DNA from: Balanoglossus misakiensis | Lineage: Eukaryota; Animalia; Hemichordata | NCBI GenBank assembly: GCA_040954595.2 | Contig: CM082584.2 | Coordinates: 124,001 to 188,000, forward strand | DNA length: 64,000 nucleotides | Direction: 5' to 3' | Shown here: positions 37,821-52,205 of the stretch, piece after piece | Layout: each line of letters begins with the position of its first letter | Position numbering within the stretch: the stretch's first letter is position 1 | The notes under the pieces: generated by a model | Told to the model about the DNA's origin: nothing | Database searches by the model: none | Seen by the model: the letters and a program-made list of their open reading frames with translations, nothing else | Made by a program: the position numbers and the translations under genes

Positions 37821-40800
37821 CCTGTTTTACCACTGCCAGCAGTGCATTATTGAGTATTTTAGCATCGCTGGATTTAGCTCTCGTCCAATCAGAATTGCGG
37901 ACGGTAGCATGATATAATATAATTGAGAATAAATCTCACGACAAGTGTACAGTTTGACAATGTACACAGATAATCCGTTTCAACAATGTTTCCTTTGTAG
38001 TGTGAATAAAACTGCACACTTTGCAAGTTTTCAACTTCAAAACACTATGGCTATTACAAAGACAAAGCTGCTAATATACAGTGTATACCTGTCATTTTTG
38101 TTTGTGGTGAGATTTTCATTGGCACAGTCGCACAGAGCTCACACAAGAGGAAATCACACTTTCTGTTGAATTCACTGCATCCTGCTAACTTTAAGTCATA
38201 TATCCAGTGAAACATTAAGTTATAGAATTTTCCATCGCAGTATTCTGTTTTATATACATGTATAGCAGTCCCACACATATTGATTAATTTGACAAAAGAA
38301 ACTGACTGACAATTTTCACAGCGCTCCCAGTATAGCATCCTTGGCAGGTGCACGTCAATGCCCCACACGAGGTTAGGGTTAGCAAGTGCTGCCATTTTGA
38401 CATGGGTTGTTAGCACTGATCAATTCCTATGCATGACAGAAAAATGAAGAATTAGGCTATGGGCCGGACCTGCCTATCGTTTCAAAACGCACTCTGTATA
38501 TTAGGGTCTATTTCTTTTACATAAAAACAAGTCTTCTTGCTCTAATATGATAAAAGAAAAAAACTTCAACTTAAATATTGCGTCCTCAGAGGTAATATCG
38601 AGCCCTAAAAATCAGGTATGCTAATGCGGTTAAAGGTCGTGCAGTTCTCCTTATAACAAGCGATCTTATTGGTGGTTACGTGACTGCACCAATCACAGAA
38701 TGCGTTATGTCACTCAGCAATTACACACACAGGGCAAACTATCAGGCAGCTACATGTATACTAGTATACATGTTACAGAAGATTAAACAGAATTGTTGGT
38801 AAGGAAAGTTTGAGCAGACTAGTCCATTCAATGTAAAAAATGGTGCTGATTCCAAAAAAGTCAGTCTTATTGACCCCTTTCAAGACAAAATTGCCATTTT
38901 TGCCACTTTTAACCCAAAAGGTCATTTAAAAAACACTCAAAACACACTGTTTTCATCACATTCGGAGATCTGATGACATTTGAGGATTATGCGGAAACAG
39001 TGACACACCAGAATAAAAATTACAGGTGACATTTGCAAGCAGATATGATCTGACCACATAGAAATATGGAATGTAAAAACATTAACAAGGAACATGCCCA
39101 ATAAACTGTCATGTGTCAAGGCAGTCTTACAAGTGGTGCTAGAAAAAAAAATGACCAAAAATTGTCTGTACAAACACATATGCGAAGCAACTTCTTTCAG
39201 TCAGCCCTGGAACAGACACACACTGACCTGCCATTGGTAATTAAAATTTGATAGCTGGTGGTCTCTGTAACAGCTGGCCTATTTAAGTTATGTAAACATG
39301 TCTTTGTTCGAGGTAACAACTCCTTGTAAATAGTAACTTTAAAAACAACTGGACAATTTGTTTAGGAAAAGATTTGCTAACCAAAAACTAAGAAACTTAC
39401 CAAAAAAACTCGCTAAATATTTAATCTTTCTGATCTCAGAATTGAATAAAAGTTGCACATATACAGGTATGTGTTATGAAATTATATCCTAAATTTCAAA
39501 GCAATCAGAGAAAAAACTAATTTCAAAGCAATCCAACAAGCAGTTTCACAGAAAATATTTGTTCAAAAGTGGCAAAAACACAAATATCACCAAAATTGTA
39601 CAATATCTTACTTCAATCACTACAAGGAACATGCTGCCTAAGTTCAATGCAATAGGACAAGTGGTTTCAGAGAAAACAATTTTTGACAAAAATTGCAAAA
39701 GTTTCCCCGATAACACATTTATGCAAATATCTCTTTTTTTTTACAACATATTATTTAGGTTACCCCTACGAACATGCCTACCAAATTGCAAAGCAATCTG
39801 GCATGAGGTTTTAAAGAAAAACATTTTTTGACCAAAAATGGCAAATATTGCTCAAAATTATAGATATGCAAATTTTGCAACAATTTGAACAAAACTATGG
39901 TTCTTTGACAACATTAGGAGGCTTCATACTAAATTTCAAAGACTTTTTACCAATAACATGGAAAAACACAAAAAATGCAAAAAAAATAGGAAATCGATAA
40001 TATTAGCTCAAAACATACAGGATTGTATGAGGTTGATATAAGGTACATGCATACCAATTTTCAAATCAATATGACCAGTGGTTGTCCAGTTTTTGAGTTT
40101 TGACCAATTTCACATTTTCCCAGCTAATTTGCATATTTTTGGCAATGACATCTTCATTTGAACAAACTCCCATCTACAGCCCTGCCTGCATCTACACGCC
40201 AAATATCGAGGTCATACGCGCTGCGGTTTTCAAGTTTTTGATGTGGACGGACATACAGACATACATCCATCCATCCATCCATACATACAGACGTAACCAA
40301 TCCCATAAGGTTCCATGGTACATACCAATGGGACCTAAAAACTTGTGACTTACATGTAACACATGTTTGCCCAGTGTAGCAGGTTGGACAGTTGCAGGTG
40401 TAGATTGAGCAGGAGCCTTGAAGTGGCTGATACACTCCGTTATTCAGACATGGGTTTAGAAGACAATGGTTGATCGCTAAGGGTGAGAGAAATGAAAAGT
40501 ATCACATTAGGGTCTTACACACTTGAGTGGGAAGTGAAATCTGTAGCAGACTGTCAGAAGATTGCACATCCGTGTGATCATGTTCATGTGTGAAGGATAA
40601 TGAAGACCACTTGATCCAAGCTTGGTGCTACCATCTTTATCATAATTACAGCATCTTATAATATTTACTAGTTGGGGGTGGGGTGGGGTGGGGGTGGGGG
40701 TAGTTGATGTCATAACTTTCTGATGTTTCAATTTACGGTTGGAAAAATAGCAACATCTACTCTGATGAGCATTTGAGTCAATGAAAGTATACATCATGGC

Positions 40801-43800
40801 TACGGTAGTGCATATAAGTCTCTTGGTTAGCTGCACAATCACAGGCAACTTTATTGAGACAATATCAATGACAAAGCCCAGCGATTTCTACTTTGTGCGG
40901 CAAATCTGACACTGGTTTGCTTACGTTCAGCGCACGTGGTTCCGATGAAACAGCGCGAACTCTGGCATCTGAACTCGGTGCAGGACACTTGCTGGCAGAA
41001 TCCACTGTTTAGACAAGGGTTGGGCTGACACGGATTCAAATCTGTGCACAGAAGAGAAAGTGATATAAATTGTGTACAGTTAATATTTACTACATATACT
41101 TTAAACAGATTTGTGCAGTCAGGGTTGAGTGGTAAAAATCTCAGTTGGTCAACAGAACATCACTGTGACAAATTTCTTCCATGTTCAACAAAAGAAACGT
41201 AATGAAATTTTGACACAGGTGTAATAGTGTCTTAGTGTACCATACGGTGCAGGTTGTTGTTTGGTCAAATACACAATCCCCTTTTATGGCACACACATTC
41301 TTAATAAATTTCCCCAAAATTGTGTCGTTATTCACTGTTTGATACAGGTTGGAAGAAACCAACTGCAAGCCGATTATGTGTTATGTTATTATGTTCCTCT
41401 TCATCTGAAATTTAAAATCACTCACATGTCTGACATAAATCGCCGGAGTAACAGCTTGTACAGGAGCATGTGAATTCAGTACACCAATTGGGCGTCAGCA
41501 CACAGTTTCCACCATTCTGACACTGGATGGGTTGACACTGGTTGACAGCTGTGGGATGTTCAGTCAAGATATTGTCAAAATTACAGAATCTACAAACTAC
41601 ACTCCACAGTCATGTACATGTATACATGACAACAACCAAACGGCTGTTTTGAAAAACCAAATGCTGTGAAATCCTTTAGAGTGTGACAAGAAACCACAGT
41701 TGCAACCGAAAACAAAAATAGTGATAACTTTAAGCTAGCCCAAAGTTTGAGTTACCAGGGCTTTAATATGTGTACCGTACTTATATTATATAATACATAA
41801 CAAGTGTTTTGCATTGAATAAAATAATATTGGTTTGTACTTACGCATTGTACATGTGGCACCAGTGAAGCATTTGGTACACATACAGTCAAACAGGAAAC
41901 AGCCGTCTCGCGCAACGCAAATGCCACCATTTTGACAAGGCATAGAGTATAACTGATCAATGGCTGCCAAAACAAAAATGAAAGTATCAATTACCTGCTT
42001 GTCAAAAACTTGTACATGTACTTGTGATGTTCATTTCGTTTAAATATGTGAGCAATGTCTTCATTCCTTGTTTCAAACCTGTACATTTAAAATAACATAA
42101 TGATGCTATTGCTAGGATTTTTCTGTAAGAATCTTGAAAAATTAAAAAATGTGCCATCAACATGATACAGAAGGCTTTCCTTTTTAACGTGCACCTCACA
42201 TTCAATTTTGACCCTACATCAGCAAATTTTGAAAGGATGAAACTTAGTAATGCTTCCACCCCATTTATTGGTGTATGGGTCCATCTATCACATTGAGAAT
42301 ACCAAAAATGAGGGTTTATATACCACGCTGTGTCATAAAACAGTAATTCGACACACCTACGGCACAGATGGCCCCAGTCCAACACTACTGGCAGTAACAG
42401 GTGTAGTCAGTATAAGAATTTGGTGTTTGGGAACAATAGCCTCCATTTTGACACGGATTCTGATCACATGGGTTAATGACTATCAGAAAAAAAATAGTTT
42501 AAAAAACATGAAATGCAGATGGCTACACCTCAACCAAAGATGATTCCTGCACCACAACAAAATCCTTTGACACAAGCATTATACTGGAACCATACCCAGA
42601 ACACGCATGAAGGGACAATGTCTCTATTTTGGGTAATACAGTAAAACCTGTCTTTATGGACACCTCTCTAATCAGAACACCTAGTATGATTGATTTTTCA
42701 AGCCAAATAGTAAGGATAATTAAGGACGTCTCTTTTACTTAATACTCAGATGTGTGCACCACCTTAGGAGAGATTACCTCATATGCACAATTATCTCTAC
42801 AGACACTAGTCTTCAAGAGGCAACTCTTGTATATTTGAGTGATGAAAACATCCAGCTTCGTACACTTCCTCACAAGTTCGTGCCTATCCTAAATTGCACG
42901 GACATACAAATGAAATTTCTGTTTTCTTTTCCTTTCTTTTCTCTTGTGGAAATTTTAGAAATGAGAAGTTACCACACAATTCAATTGCCATGAAGAGAAA
43001 GTGCCCAAAAGATTGTCATTTACGGTACGTCAGAAACTTACATATTTCACAACAGTTACCCTCATAGCAACCAGTACAGGCACAGGTATATGCCGTGCAG
43101 GAGTTGGCCACTGCATTACATACAGCCCCGTTGAGACAGCTGTTTCGCTGGCATGGATCTTGGACTGCAATAAAAAGTGCAACCTAATGTTATCTCAGCA
43201 ATATTTACTTTCAAAATCTGTTTGATAAAAACATCATCATTACCATTACTGTAAATACTGAACGGAACTTCACTTCTAAAAACAACTTGCTCATTCTGGG
43301 ACGCACTTGTGGGGCTATGAAAATCTCTGTATATGTATCTTGTGTAGGGAAAATTTTCATGAACGATCAACATTTTTTTCTTCAAATAAACATGTTTTCT
43401 TTCAGTTGTACATCATTTTTGAGGTGAACGATTCCCAAGGCCCAAGGTGTGATGCTGAAGATGAAAATATAAAGTATGACCAACAGACAATGTATTGAGA
43501 CATGATTGTAAATGTTAGTTCCTGCATGACAAATGTTTGTTTTAATGAGTTTTACACTGGCTGCAGTGTGTGCCGGTGAAACATCCTGGACAAGTACACT
43601 CATAAGTTGTACACGACAGCTGAGTACACCGCCCATTGTTCAGGGATGGACTTGGCCTATATGGTGTTTGTTCTGTTTCAATGGCATGAAAAAAAAATAG
43701 TAGTGACATAAGTTTTTAGGGTATGACCATTTCCCTAATTCCTACAGCTGTGGTTCTATCGGGTTCTCCTAACTGAGCCTCCTAAATGTATAACTGAACA

Positions 43801-45108
43801 ATAAGAATTACTTATTATACTTTTGGGAGTTTAGGACTTTGGTAATTGAAAAAAGACTCAATTCCTGAAAGTGCCTATTTGGTTTGTCACATCCTAAATA
43901 TACAGGTAATTTCATAGCTGCCAGCTATGACAAATATACTGGTATGATGGGGGAAAAACGTGCCGAAGTAAGGAAGTCATTGTCCAACTGTCCTGGGTGT
44001 TAATTATATGCAAAAGAACATCATCATACAGATAATCCCCAAACCCTTTGATCTTTGCCGCAGTTGCTCGTCCTTCTTTCTCTAGGGTCTATGGCTTGAC
44101 AGATGTCACCTGTGTAAGAGTTCACACACTGGCATGAATAGAAATTGCACGATGTTTGCTGGCAAATCCACCATTCATACATGGGTTGGGATCACAGGGG
44201 TTTTGCACTGGAAATTGAGAAAGGACGCCATTTTATTCCTTGCTACTCATTCTACAGATATGGCAAAAACCTTGCAGAATTATGGCAAGGGTGTGTGGAG
44301 TGATTGTGCCTACAACTTATATTAGGCTGGTATCAAGTTGTTCACACCTCCATAGATCATGTGGCAGTGACTGTGAGGCAAGGGCTTCCCTTCATGAAAT
44401 CAATGACTTGTGTACTGGAGGAGGGTTCCTTGCAAATGCTTGACTTGACTTCAAGCATACCTGTAGACTCATATGCAAATTTACACTATCTGGGCTGGAG
44501 TGAGAATTTCCATAGTGGATGTGTGTTGACAAAAGGCTGTAAAATTGGCCAGTCGCGCATAATGTTTCTTGAACTAAGACAATCAAGACATTATGCGCTA
44601 CGAAAGTGATTTTGATTGGGAAGAGTGTAATCTTGCATTCGATGTCAAGAACGCTCCAAGCTCTGCTGTGGTGATGGCTACACCTATGCTCAGGAAACAT
44701 GCAGTATTTGAATGCATCAGAGACAAAAGGTAAAAGAGACTGCGCTGTATATTTACATATCTCACACCTATCACCTTTGTAGCAACCAGTACATATGCAG
44801 GTGAGATCAAAGCAGGAATTTCGAGCCGGTTGACAGAAGCCACCATTCTGGCACGGATTTGGTGGACACTGGTTGAGTCCTACAAGGAAAAGGGTCAAAT
44901 TTTCCATGATCATCAATGTCATGTGATTATGAATGTATGTAAGTGGCTGAAAAAAATTCCCAGGGGTGAGTTTCCTACAAAAATTGTGATGTGACAAACC
45001 GACAAATTAGCATATTAGCATAATCAGAATAAATAAAAAAATGCACAGGTAGTTTAAAAGAACAAACACTTTGGAAACGGAATAGAGCTAAGCTGCTGTC
45101 CCTTTCTA

Positions 45109-45571
45109 ATTGTTACTCGTTCAAAAATCACTTGTCACATCACTCCAATTTTGTATCAGTTGCACTGGCTATCTGTTACAGAGCGTATTGTTTTTAAGAT
45201 GTTAGTTCTCATTTTTAAATCCATTCATAAACTTGGTCCAATCTATCTTTCTAGCATGACTAATCTATATGTTCCGTGTCGCAATTTAAGGTCAGCTGAT
45301 CAGTTCAAACTCTGCCCTGTTCGATCACGCACCAAGAGTTATGGTGATCGTGCTTTTACTGTTGCTGCTCCAATTCTTTGGAATAATCTTCCACTTACCA
45401 TTCGCCAGGCACCAGACTTATCTGTTTTTAAATCAAATGTTAAAACTTTACTTTTTAAATCTGTTTTTTAGCCAGTTGTTGTATTGTACTTTTGCTTTAA
45501 GCGTCATTGATCACATTTTTTGTGGATACTGACGCTATACAAATAAATTATTATTATTATTATTATTATTA
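45109..45571 (+). mobile_element. 5'-truncated L2/CR1-group LINE with (ATT)n tail
   Basis: ORF end LHWL..RIVFK..GDRAF..AP.LWN.LP; TSD TTTCTA at 45103-45108 and 45572-45577. Empty sites at about 9004 and 29432. Confidence 0.92.
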
Positions 45572-45667
45572 TTTCTATTTTTGTGTTTGTACAACATCAG
45601 TGAAGTTTAAATCATAATAAAAAAAAATGATAATTATCATTATTAACTGCTATAGATTCAAACTTAC

Positions 45668-45790
45668 TTGTCTCACACCTGGTTTCCTAGTAACACTCTG
45701 TGCACATGCCAATGGTGGCAGTACAAGAATTTGCCTGTTGTTGGCAGGTACCTCCATTGAGACAAGGACTAGCAAAGCATGGATTAGGAA
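45668..45790 (-). pseudogene. EGF-like exon i with stop: PNPCFASPCLNGGTCQQQANSCTATIGMCTECY*ETRCET
   Basis: 123 nt, cag/gtaagt boundaries. Acceptor-less copies with the same TAG at 9098-9200 and 29526-29628. Confidence 0.82.
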
Positions 45791-46026
45791 CTGGAAGACA
45801 GGAATTCAAAATTTTATACAACACTTACCTATGGTAACACCAGTACACGTTCATTATTTCTCTGTTATGTTTTTATACTGGTGATTTTACTGTTTTTATT
45901 ACCGATCATATGACTGACTTAAAGATGATGATGATGATGATGATGATAATGACTACACCTGCTATTATTACTACAATGTACCTCAGCACTTAGATTTTTT
46001 AATAAATGACAAAGTACTGTACTCAC

Positions 46027-46156
46027 GTGTTTCACATGTGAAGCCCAGGTAGCAGCCAGCACATTGACATGTGACGCCTGTATAAGATCCCTGGATTGCT
46101 TGGCAAGTACCAGCATTCCGGCATGGGTTAAGGTTTGTGTTCGCACGGATTCATTG
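46027..46156 (-). pseudogene. EGF-like exon h, frameshifted (MNPCE../NPCRNAGTCQAIQGSYTGVTCQCAGCYLGFTCET)
   Basis: 130 nt (123+7), cag/gtgagt boundaries; present only in this copy. Confidence 0.78.
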
Positions 46157-46978
46157 CTGCAAATGTACACAATATTTACAAAATAAAACAGTATACAACT
46201 GTAAGGATTTATAATCATCAATTGTGAATATCACACCAATCAAGGCCTTTCAATGCACCCTGATTGCTGAGAGCTGAAATACGTGAACCAACGTGTATTT
46301 GTTTTCACTACTATATCACATGACATTCTGCATCTCTTTTCCATAGTTTTGGAGTCTGCACCCAACATTGTATTCCGGGGTAGCACTACACGGAACCCCG
46401 AAACTTTTTCGTCATCATCCGACTACTTTTCCCAGCATGCAGTTGCCAAGAAGGCTGCACAGGGAGTTTTTATTTTTGCACTGGTATACAATTTTTTTAT
46501 TCGGCAATTTCACAGACACATGCATTGCACATCAAAATTTTGCGTCAGAAGTGAGGACAACTTAACTAGGTACCAATGCAATGTGGTTTTAGGCGGATTT
46601 GAACTTTTCCTTTAATGTAACAGTTGTATTGACATGCGATTATCATACTGAACATGAAGCAATCTCAAAATTGCTAAAAATAAAATAATTCAGGACATTT
46701 AGAATCTACAATGGTGAAAACATATGACAAACCTCCCAAAATTCTTATATTTGAGGCCATTTTACAAAAATCTATGAGCCTGGCAAAATCTGAAAGAGGT
46801 GCTAGATAAAGGGTGCTTTTTCAAAACTCTAGATGGTTGACCCCCAATTTTTATTCCATAGATTAAATGTTTAGAAGTCATAGTATCATCAGTATTAATT
46901 TTAACATGATCAGACGACCCTTTATTTCGAGGTGCGCAACACCTTAAATATGTTTTTACGACTAAGACGACTACAAAC

Positions 46979-47195
46979 CTGGTAGAAGGGGAGTACATGT
47001 TGTTGATGGTCCCAGAGAGTAGGTTCTTGATGTGCAGGCAAGTGGGTGATGTTGCTGCACACTGACAGCCTGGATCGCAAGGGGTACAGGATACTTCTGT
47101 GGCTGTGTCAGCATAATAACTTGATGGACAAGGAATGGGGCTGTCTGACCCATCTGGACAGTAGTTACCTACACCGCAATCAGCACATGTCATGT
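46979..47195 (-). pseudogene. Cys-rich repeat exon X6 (MTCADCGVGNYCPDGSDSPIPCPSSYYADTATEVSCTPCDPGCQC../CTSRTYSLGPSTTCTP)
   Basis: Lies inside ORFs 46762..47193 and 46971..47153; cag/gtttgt boundaries; frameshift. Confidence 0.78.
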
Positions 47196-47682
47196 CTGTA
47201 GAATAACAGCAGCTTGTTTAGTGAGTGTTTTGCCGATATGACAGAGTTCAAGTATGCTTATTTGGTTAAATTTTAAAAGGAATATCACCAGCTGTTTTAG
47301 AGTTAATATTGCGAAAGGGACTTCATAAGTTGTCTGAAAACACCAGTTTCCCCAATTTTCACTAATGTATAGGAATACATGAGAAGTCAGCCAGATTAGA
47401 AGTCGGCCAGTACGTGCGTATGAGAAGTCGGCCTGTACGAGAAGTCAGCCAGTTGTTGAACTTGTACCCGAATAGTGCAGTGATGACCCAGATTACTTAT
47501 AACAACACTTAATAAAATATAATTGCACTAAATATTTTCATTTGGATGGATTTCCCAAATTCTTGACAACACAATGGCGTCATTTCAAATAATGGCGTCT
47601 GGCATCCGTACCGGTTCCCCAGCCCCGTATCCGCGTAAGGAGCTTAGGTTGTTCACCAAATTCCTGTGACATTTCTGATTAA

Positions 47683-48028
47683 AGGGACAAAGTCTCTCCC
47701 TCGCGAACCATTTTCCATTAATTATGTTTGATACAAGACACCGTTCACATTATTCTACATGTGGATATATTGAGAATCCACATTCAACTACAGACAAATT
47801 CCATCCCGTTTGTAGGATATGAGTGTAAAAATCCCGCCAAAATGAATAAATGGTAAACACCGATTATTCATTTTGGCAAGTTTTTCACTCTCGTGTCTAC
47901 AAGTCGTATTGAAGTTGTGTGTGGTTGAACGTTGATTCACTATATATCCACATTTAGAATACATAAATGGTGTCTTGTATCAAATATTATTAATGGAAAA
48001 AGGGCAGCGAGAGAGAGACTTTGTCCCT
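47683..48028. mobile_element. Near-palindromic TTAA-TSD MITE
   Basis: TTAA|agggacaaagtctctc ... gagagactttgtccct|TTAA with inverted similarity extending over most of its length. Absent at 9557 and 29985; a related end fragment lies at about 57620-57672. Confidence 0.85.
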
Positions 48029-49565
48029 TTAAAGGGAGTTGTTTCAAAGCCTACTAAAATACATAGAAGATGTATGTGTATATTCATACTTTGAGACAAC
48101 ACCAAACAAACAAACGTGACGAGGAACAGACTACTGGCGCAGCGCAAGAAGTGCAGGTGACTGATGTTGACGTACCCCGGTGACGTACATGCAAAGTGAA
48201 CAGACAGTTTTAAAATTCATCGGCTATTTGTACAAATATCTCAGCTCCTGTACATCAAGGAAACATTTCGTAGTGAAACAGTTATATATAACACAAAGTA
48301 CCAGGGTTCTCTCCCACAGGCCGACTTCTCGTACTGGCCGATACCGACTTCTCATACTGGTCGACTTCTCAGGACACCATGTATAGCATAGCTGTTGAAC
48401 TCAAAAAATATGTAAAACTACAAGTGATGTAAACAACTTGTGGAACCATGTTCAAATCGAGACCAGAAGAAAAGAGATTTCAAGACTTACCTCCTTCAAC
48501 ACTTTACTGCCCTGTAGCGCACTGTGTGACACTTGTAGTTGTGCATTCATAACCAGAAGGACGTGGCCGAACCTAGCGAGTATGAACCTATCACAGAAAA
48601 AATTCAAAGAACGATTGGTTTGGTCCAACGATCCCTTATTAGAGAGATGTCCGTAATCACAGATGTTACTGTACAATACCTCTTCAGTGGAATCTTTGTG
48701 TTTTTCAAAGTGCGTCACAATATCAACTCCAATGAGCATAACAGTTTAATTTTCTGTGTATGTCATGCTATAACACAGGGAAGTCACAAGAGTGATTTGC
48801 AGCCCAACTTACCAGTAACTGTTGAACAATCAACTACGGGTGACATGGTTGGACACTTGGATCCTGCTGGACAAGGCGTGCATGTTCCGTCGCCTTCCAT
48901 AGCATATTCACCATTGCCACAGTCAAGCGGATCTTACATTGGATCTAAACACGATTGTCCGGCAGGGCACAGAAGACGGGATGTGCGTGCAGGCTCCTCA
49001 CTTATTTCATCTGATTAAATAAAATGAGGTTTTTAGTGAAGTATTTGTGATACAGTGTCATTTAAAATAACAAATTACTTGAGATGATTCACTTCATAAT
49101 TCTGAGACAAGTATACAGGCATGTAGAAAATTCTTTGGAGGACATTAAACGTCATTTCTAATCAACCATTTTCTGAATATCATAAGACTCTGCGAGATCT
49201 CACATGGCTAACCGGGTCTCGCAAGATCTCGCACTGAGTTGATAATCTGTTGTAAACACATACATACATACACACACACACACACATAACCCCAGTCGCA
49301 CTGACTTGAAAATCTGTTGTAAACACATACATGCATACACACACACACCCCTCAGTTTCATCACACAGCAAACTGAACAAGTACCACGATCTTACCATTT
49401 GTACATCTGGTACAGTTTGTTGCACCAGCCAATGACACGTAACCCTTGGTACACTTGAATTGCGATGCACTGGGATCTGTGCAGGCGTACCCTTGCTCAC
49501 AAATAGTACACTGTTCAGCACCGGCTGATCTGTAAATCAAACAAAGAATTTACACACCAAGTTAA

Positions 49566-50298
49566 GGTGCCATTGCATGAAACCGTCGAGACTTTTTCAG
49601 AGGCCTATTTCTCATGAAAGACAACGTTAAAACCCACACAAACCATATATATTCTGGAAGCTGAGTTTTTGAACTTTTGTTTGCTTTGCAAATATTATTG
49701 ATCCCCGGAAATGGTGGCGATTTTGGGTTAAAAAACCCATTTTTTGATATTATGTCATAAAATTTAAAATAGGTAAAAAAGTTGACCATGCATCATGCAT
49801 CTTAATATGTCATTCAAAACTAGAGTACACGTGCAAAAAACGGTAATTCCGTTTTGCGTTATCTGCTTCCATTGAGGAGTAACAGCATTTGAAAGTTAGA
49901 TTTTTAGTAAAATTTGATCAAATTCACGGTGAGTTGTATTGAATCAGAGTTTATTCCCGCCAGGGACACTTTATCAACTAACAAAAATACCGTTTTGTTG
50001 GCTGGGTCATACAAAATCCCCAGTTAAAGTTTGAGCAAATTCGGCCAACGCAGAGCGAAGCTATTTTCGTCTGAAGTTGTCAAGAACAGCGAAAATGCAA
50101 ACTGAGAAAAACGGCCATTTGCATTGTTGACACCTATTTGTTAAGCTGTGAACTCATTCAGAAAAGTGCTATTTGGGGGTGATTGTGCACCATTTCCGCC
50201 AAGACGTATTAGTCAGGATGTGGGTCAGTATTAGGCCTACCGATTTATGTAAAAAAGTAAAATTTGGCAAAAATCACAACTTTTCATGCAATGCCACC
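49566..50298. mobile_element. TTAA-TSD MITE (Kolobok-like)
   Basis: TTAA|ggtgccattgcatgaaa ... tttcatgcaatgccacc|TTAA; empty TTAA at 11105 and 31531. Confidence 0.9.
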
Positions 50299-52205
50299 TT
50301 AACCTTTGAATACCACTGTAAAAAATTGGCGCAAATTTTAATTATTTTCATAAATAGAGGTCTATTCAAATTTGGAAAAATTGTCATTTTTTCATTCATA
50401 TATTATATCAGTAAATTTTAAATACAGAAATGGAAAATGTTCCCATCCTATTTTTCAGTTAGTAAATTACCTGACCTAATATTATGCGAGAGGTACAGCG
50501 AGACATCCTTTGTCCAAGGCCGAACTGTAATAACCAGCCGAGCATAAAATCACAGTGTTACCATTTGGACATTGGTTACCAGCTGGGCAATCACCACATG
50601 ATGTTTGTGCTGAAAATAAACAGAGATTTATAGAATCTTATAGTCACAGTCATACCTTCAAAGACGTGGGATTCTCACGCCGGTTGGGGAGACAAAAATC
50701 CCTGGCAAAAGATTGAGGACAAGAAAATGCCAAACCAGAGATATTGGTAACAGAAACTGTATACAGTCAATGCCATATGGCAGTGTGCTGTTCTAACAAC
50801 AGACAAGAATGTGACGATCATAGTCTGTGTCGGAGATTTGGAAAAGAGCAAATTCGGTGAAAAGACGGGACAAAACAAAAGTCTACTTATACGATGCACA
50901 TGAAAACTGGATGAAAGCGAAGCAGTCCACTATTTGAATGCATTGGATGTAAAATTGGCAGAATATTTGGACTGGACATAATGTTTGTACGCACAGAATT
51001 ACGCACATGCACATAAGATGATCGTCCGCCTTAAGTGAAAGATTACACAGTAATGCCCAAATTTTAAGTGCTGGCTCACCCTCTATATTAGTGTAGTATC
51101 CATCTTCACACACCTCTGGCTCCGACATACCATCATATTGGCACTTATACCCAGGGCAGGACAAGGCGTACAGTCTATACTTCCATTGTTGGCAAAATAT
51201 CCCTGTCCGCATTGTGTTGGTGATGAGAGGCTGGCTGTTCCACACATGAAACCCTTGGACACAGCGTGCATGCTTCAGAACATGCTGAACTGTAACTTCC
51301 AACTGCGCAGTCCTGTAGGAGTAAAGACGTCAAATATTAGGGAGGTTTAGGAGCCCTCTAGCCAGCAAACTTCATCAAGGATGTACGCGCAGAACATAAA
51401 CTGGAAACACTGCGCGCCCGGTCTTTTTCCCGAAGGATTACATTGATAATCGCCAGAAAACAAACTTCTACTATTGTCATTTTCACGAAATTTTACACAT
51501 AGCTCAGTCCAGAAAATATAAATTCATTGGTCAAATAAAATATAGGGGTCACCGCGCTCTTTTTTGAGATAAATTGCGTTAAGAATTTTGCCCATAGACA
51601 AACCATTGGTGAAAAATGCTGAGTCAGCAGATTTCTTCTATTATCGACCAAATTCATGGCTCTGTATTTCAAAGACAAGCCAGGTGACCCTAAATTTTAT
51701 TACGGATTTTCATTATACATACAAAGGAGAATAAAAAAATCCACAATTAAAAAAAATGACAATACTTTCAATTTTACTGAACGTACATCCTTAATGTTAC
51801 TTATGTAGTGGAGCACCAAAACCAAATTTTCATATCGATTGTGTATTTTGTGATAAAAGCACCAAACTTGGCTCAGATGCGTGTTAATGTGTACTGAACA
51901 AATTCAGATAGCGAGTCACTAAATATCTGTTGAAGAGTTTCCATGGCAACCAATTTTTTTTTCAAAATGGCCGCCAATACAGATAATCACACCTGTTAAA
52001 CACCAAAATAAATTCAGATTACAATATTTGAAACAAGAAACTACGGAAAGAATGGTTTGCAATAGAACTATGGTTATTAAACTACAAATGTACTTATAAG
52101 GGTAACTAAGGGATCAAAACACAGGTGCAACTTTCAATCCCTGGTTCTCGCATTAGTATAGGTGCTCCCCCTAGTCAAACATTATGGCTAGTTGCGATAT
52201 TTAAC

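Noticed and set aside
1-43184. Tandem copies as a pure assembly artefact
   Set aside because: The copies differ by clean TSD-flanked insertions, deletions and many SNPs. Adjacent placement of haplotypes cannot be fully excluded without reads.
45919-46221. ORF ending in poly-His
   Set aside because: A (GAT)n microsatellite plus out-of-frame EGF exon sequence.
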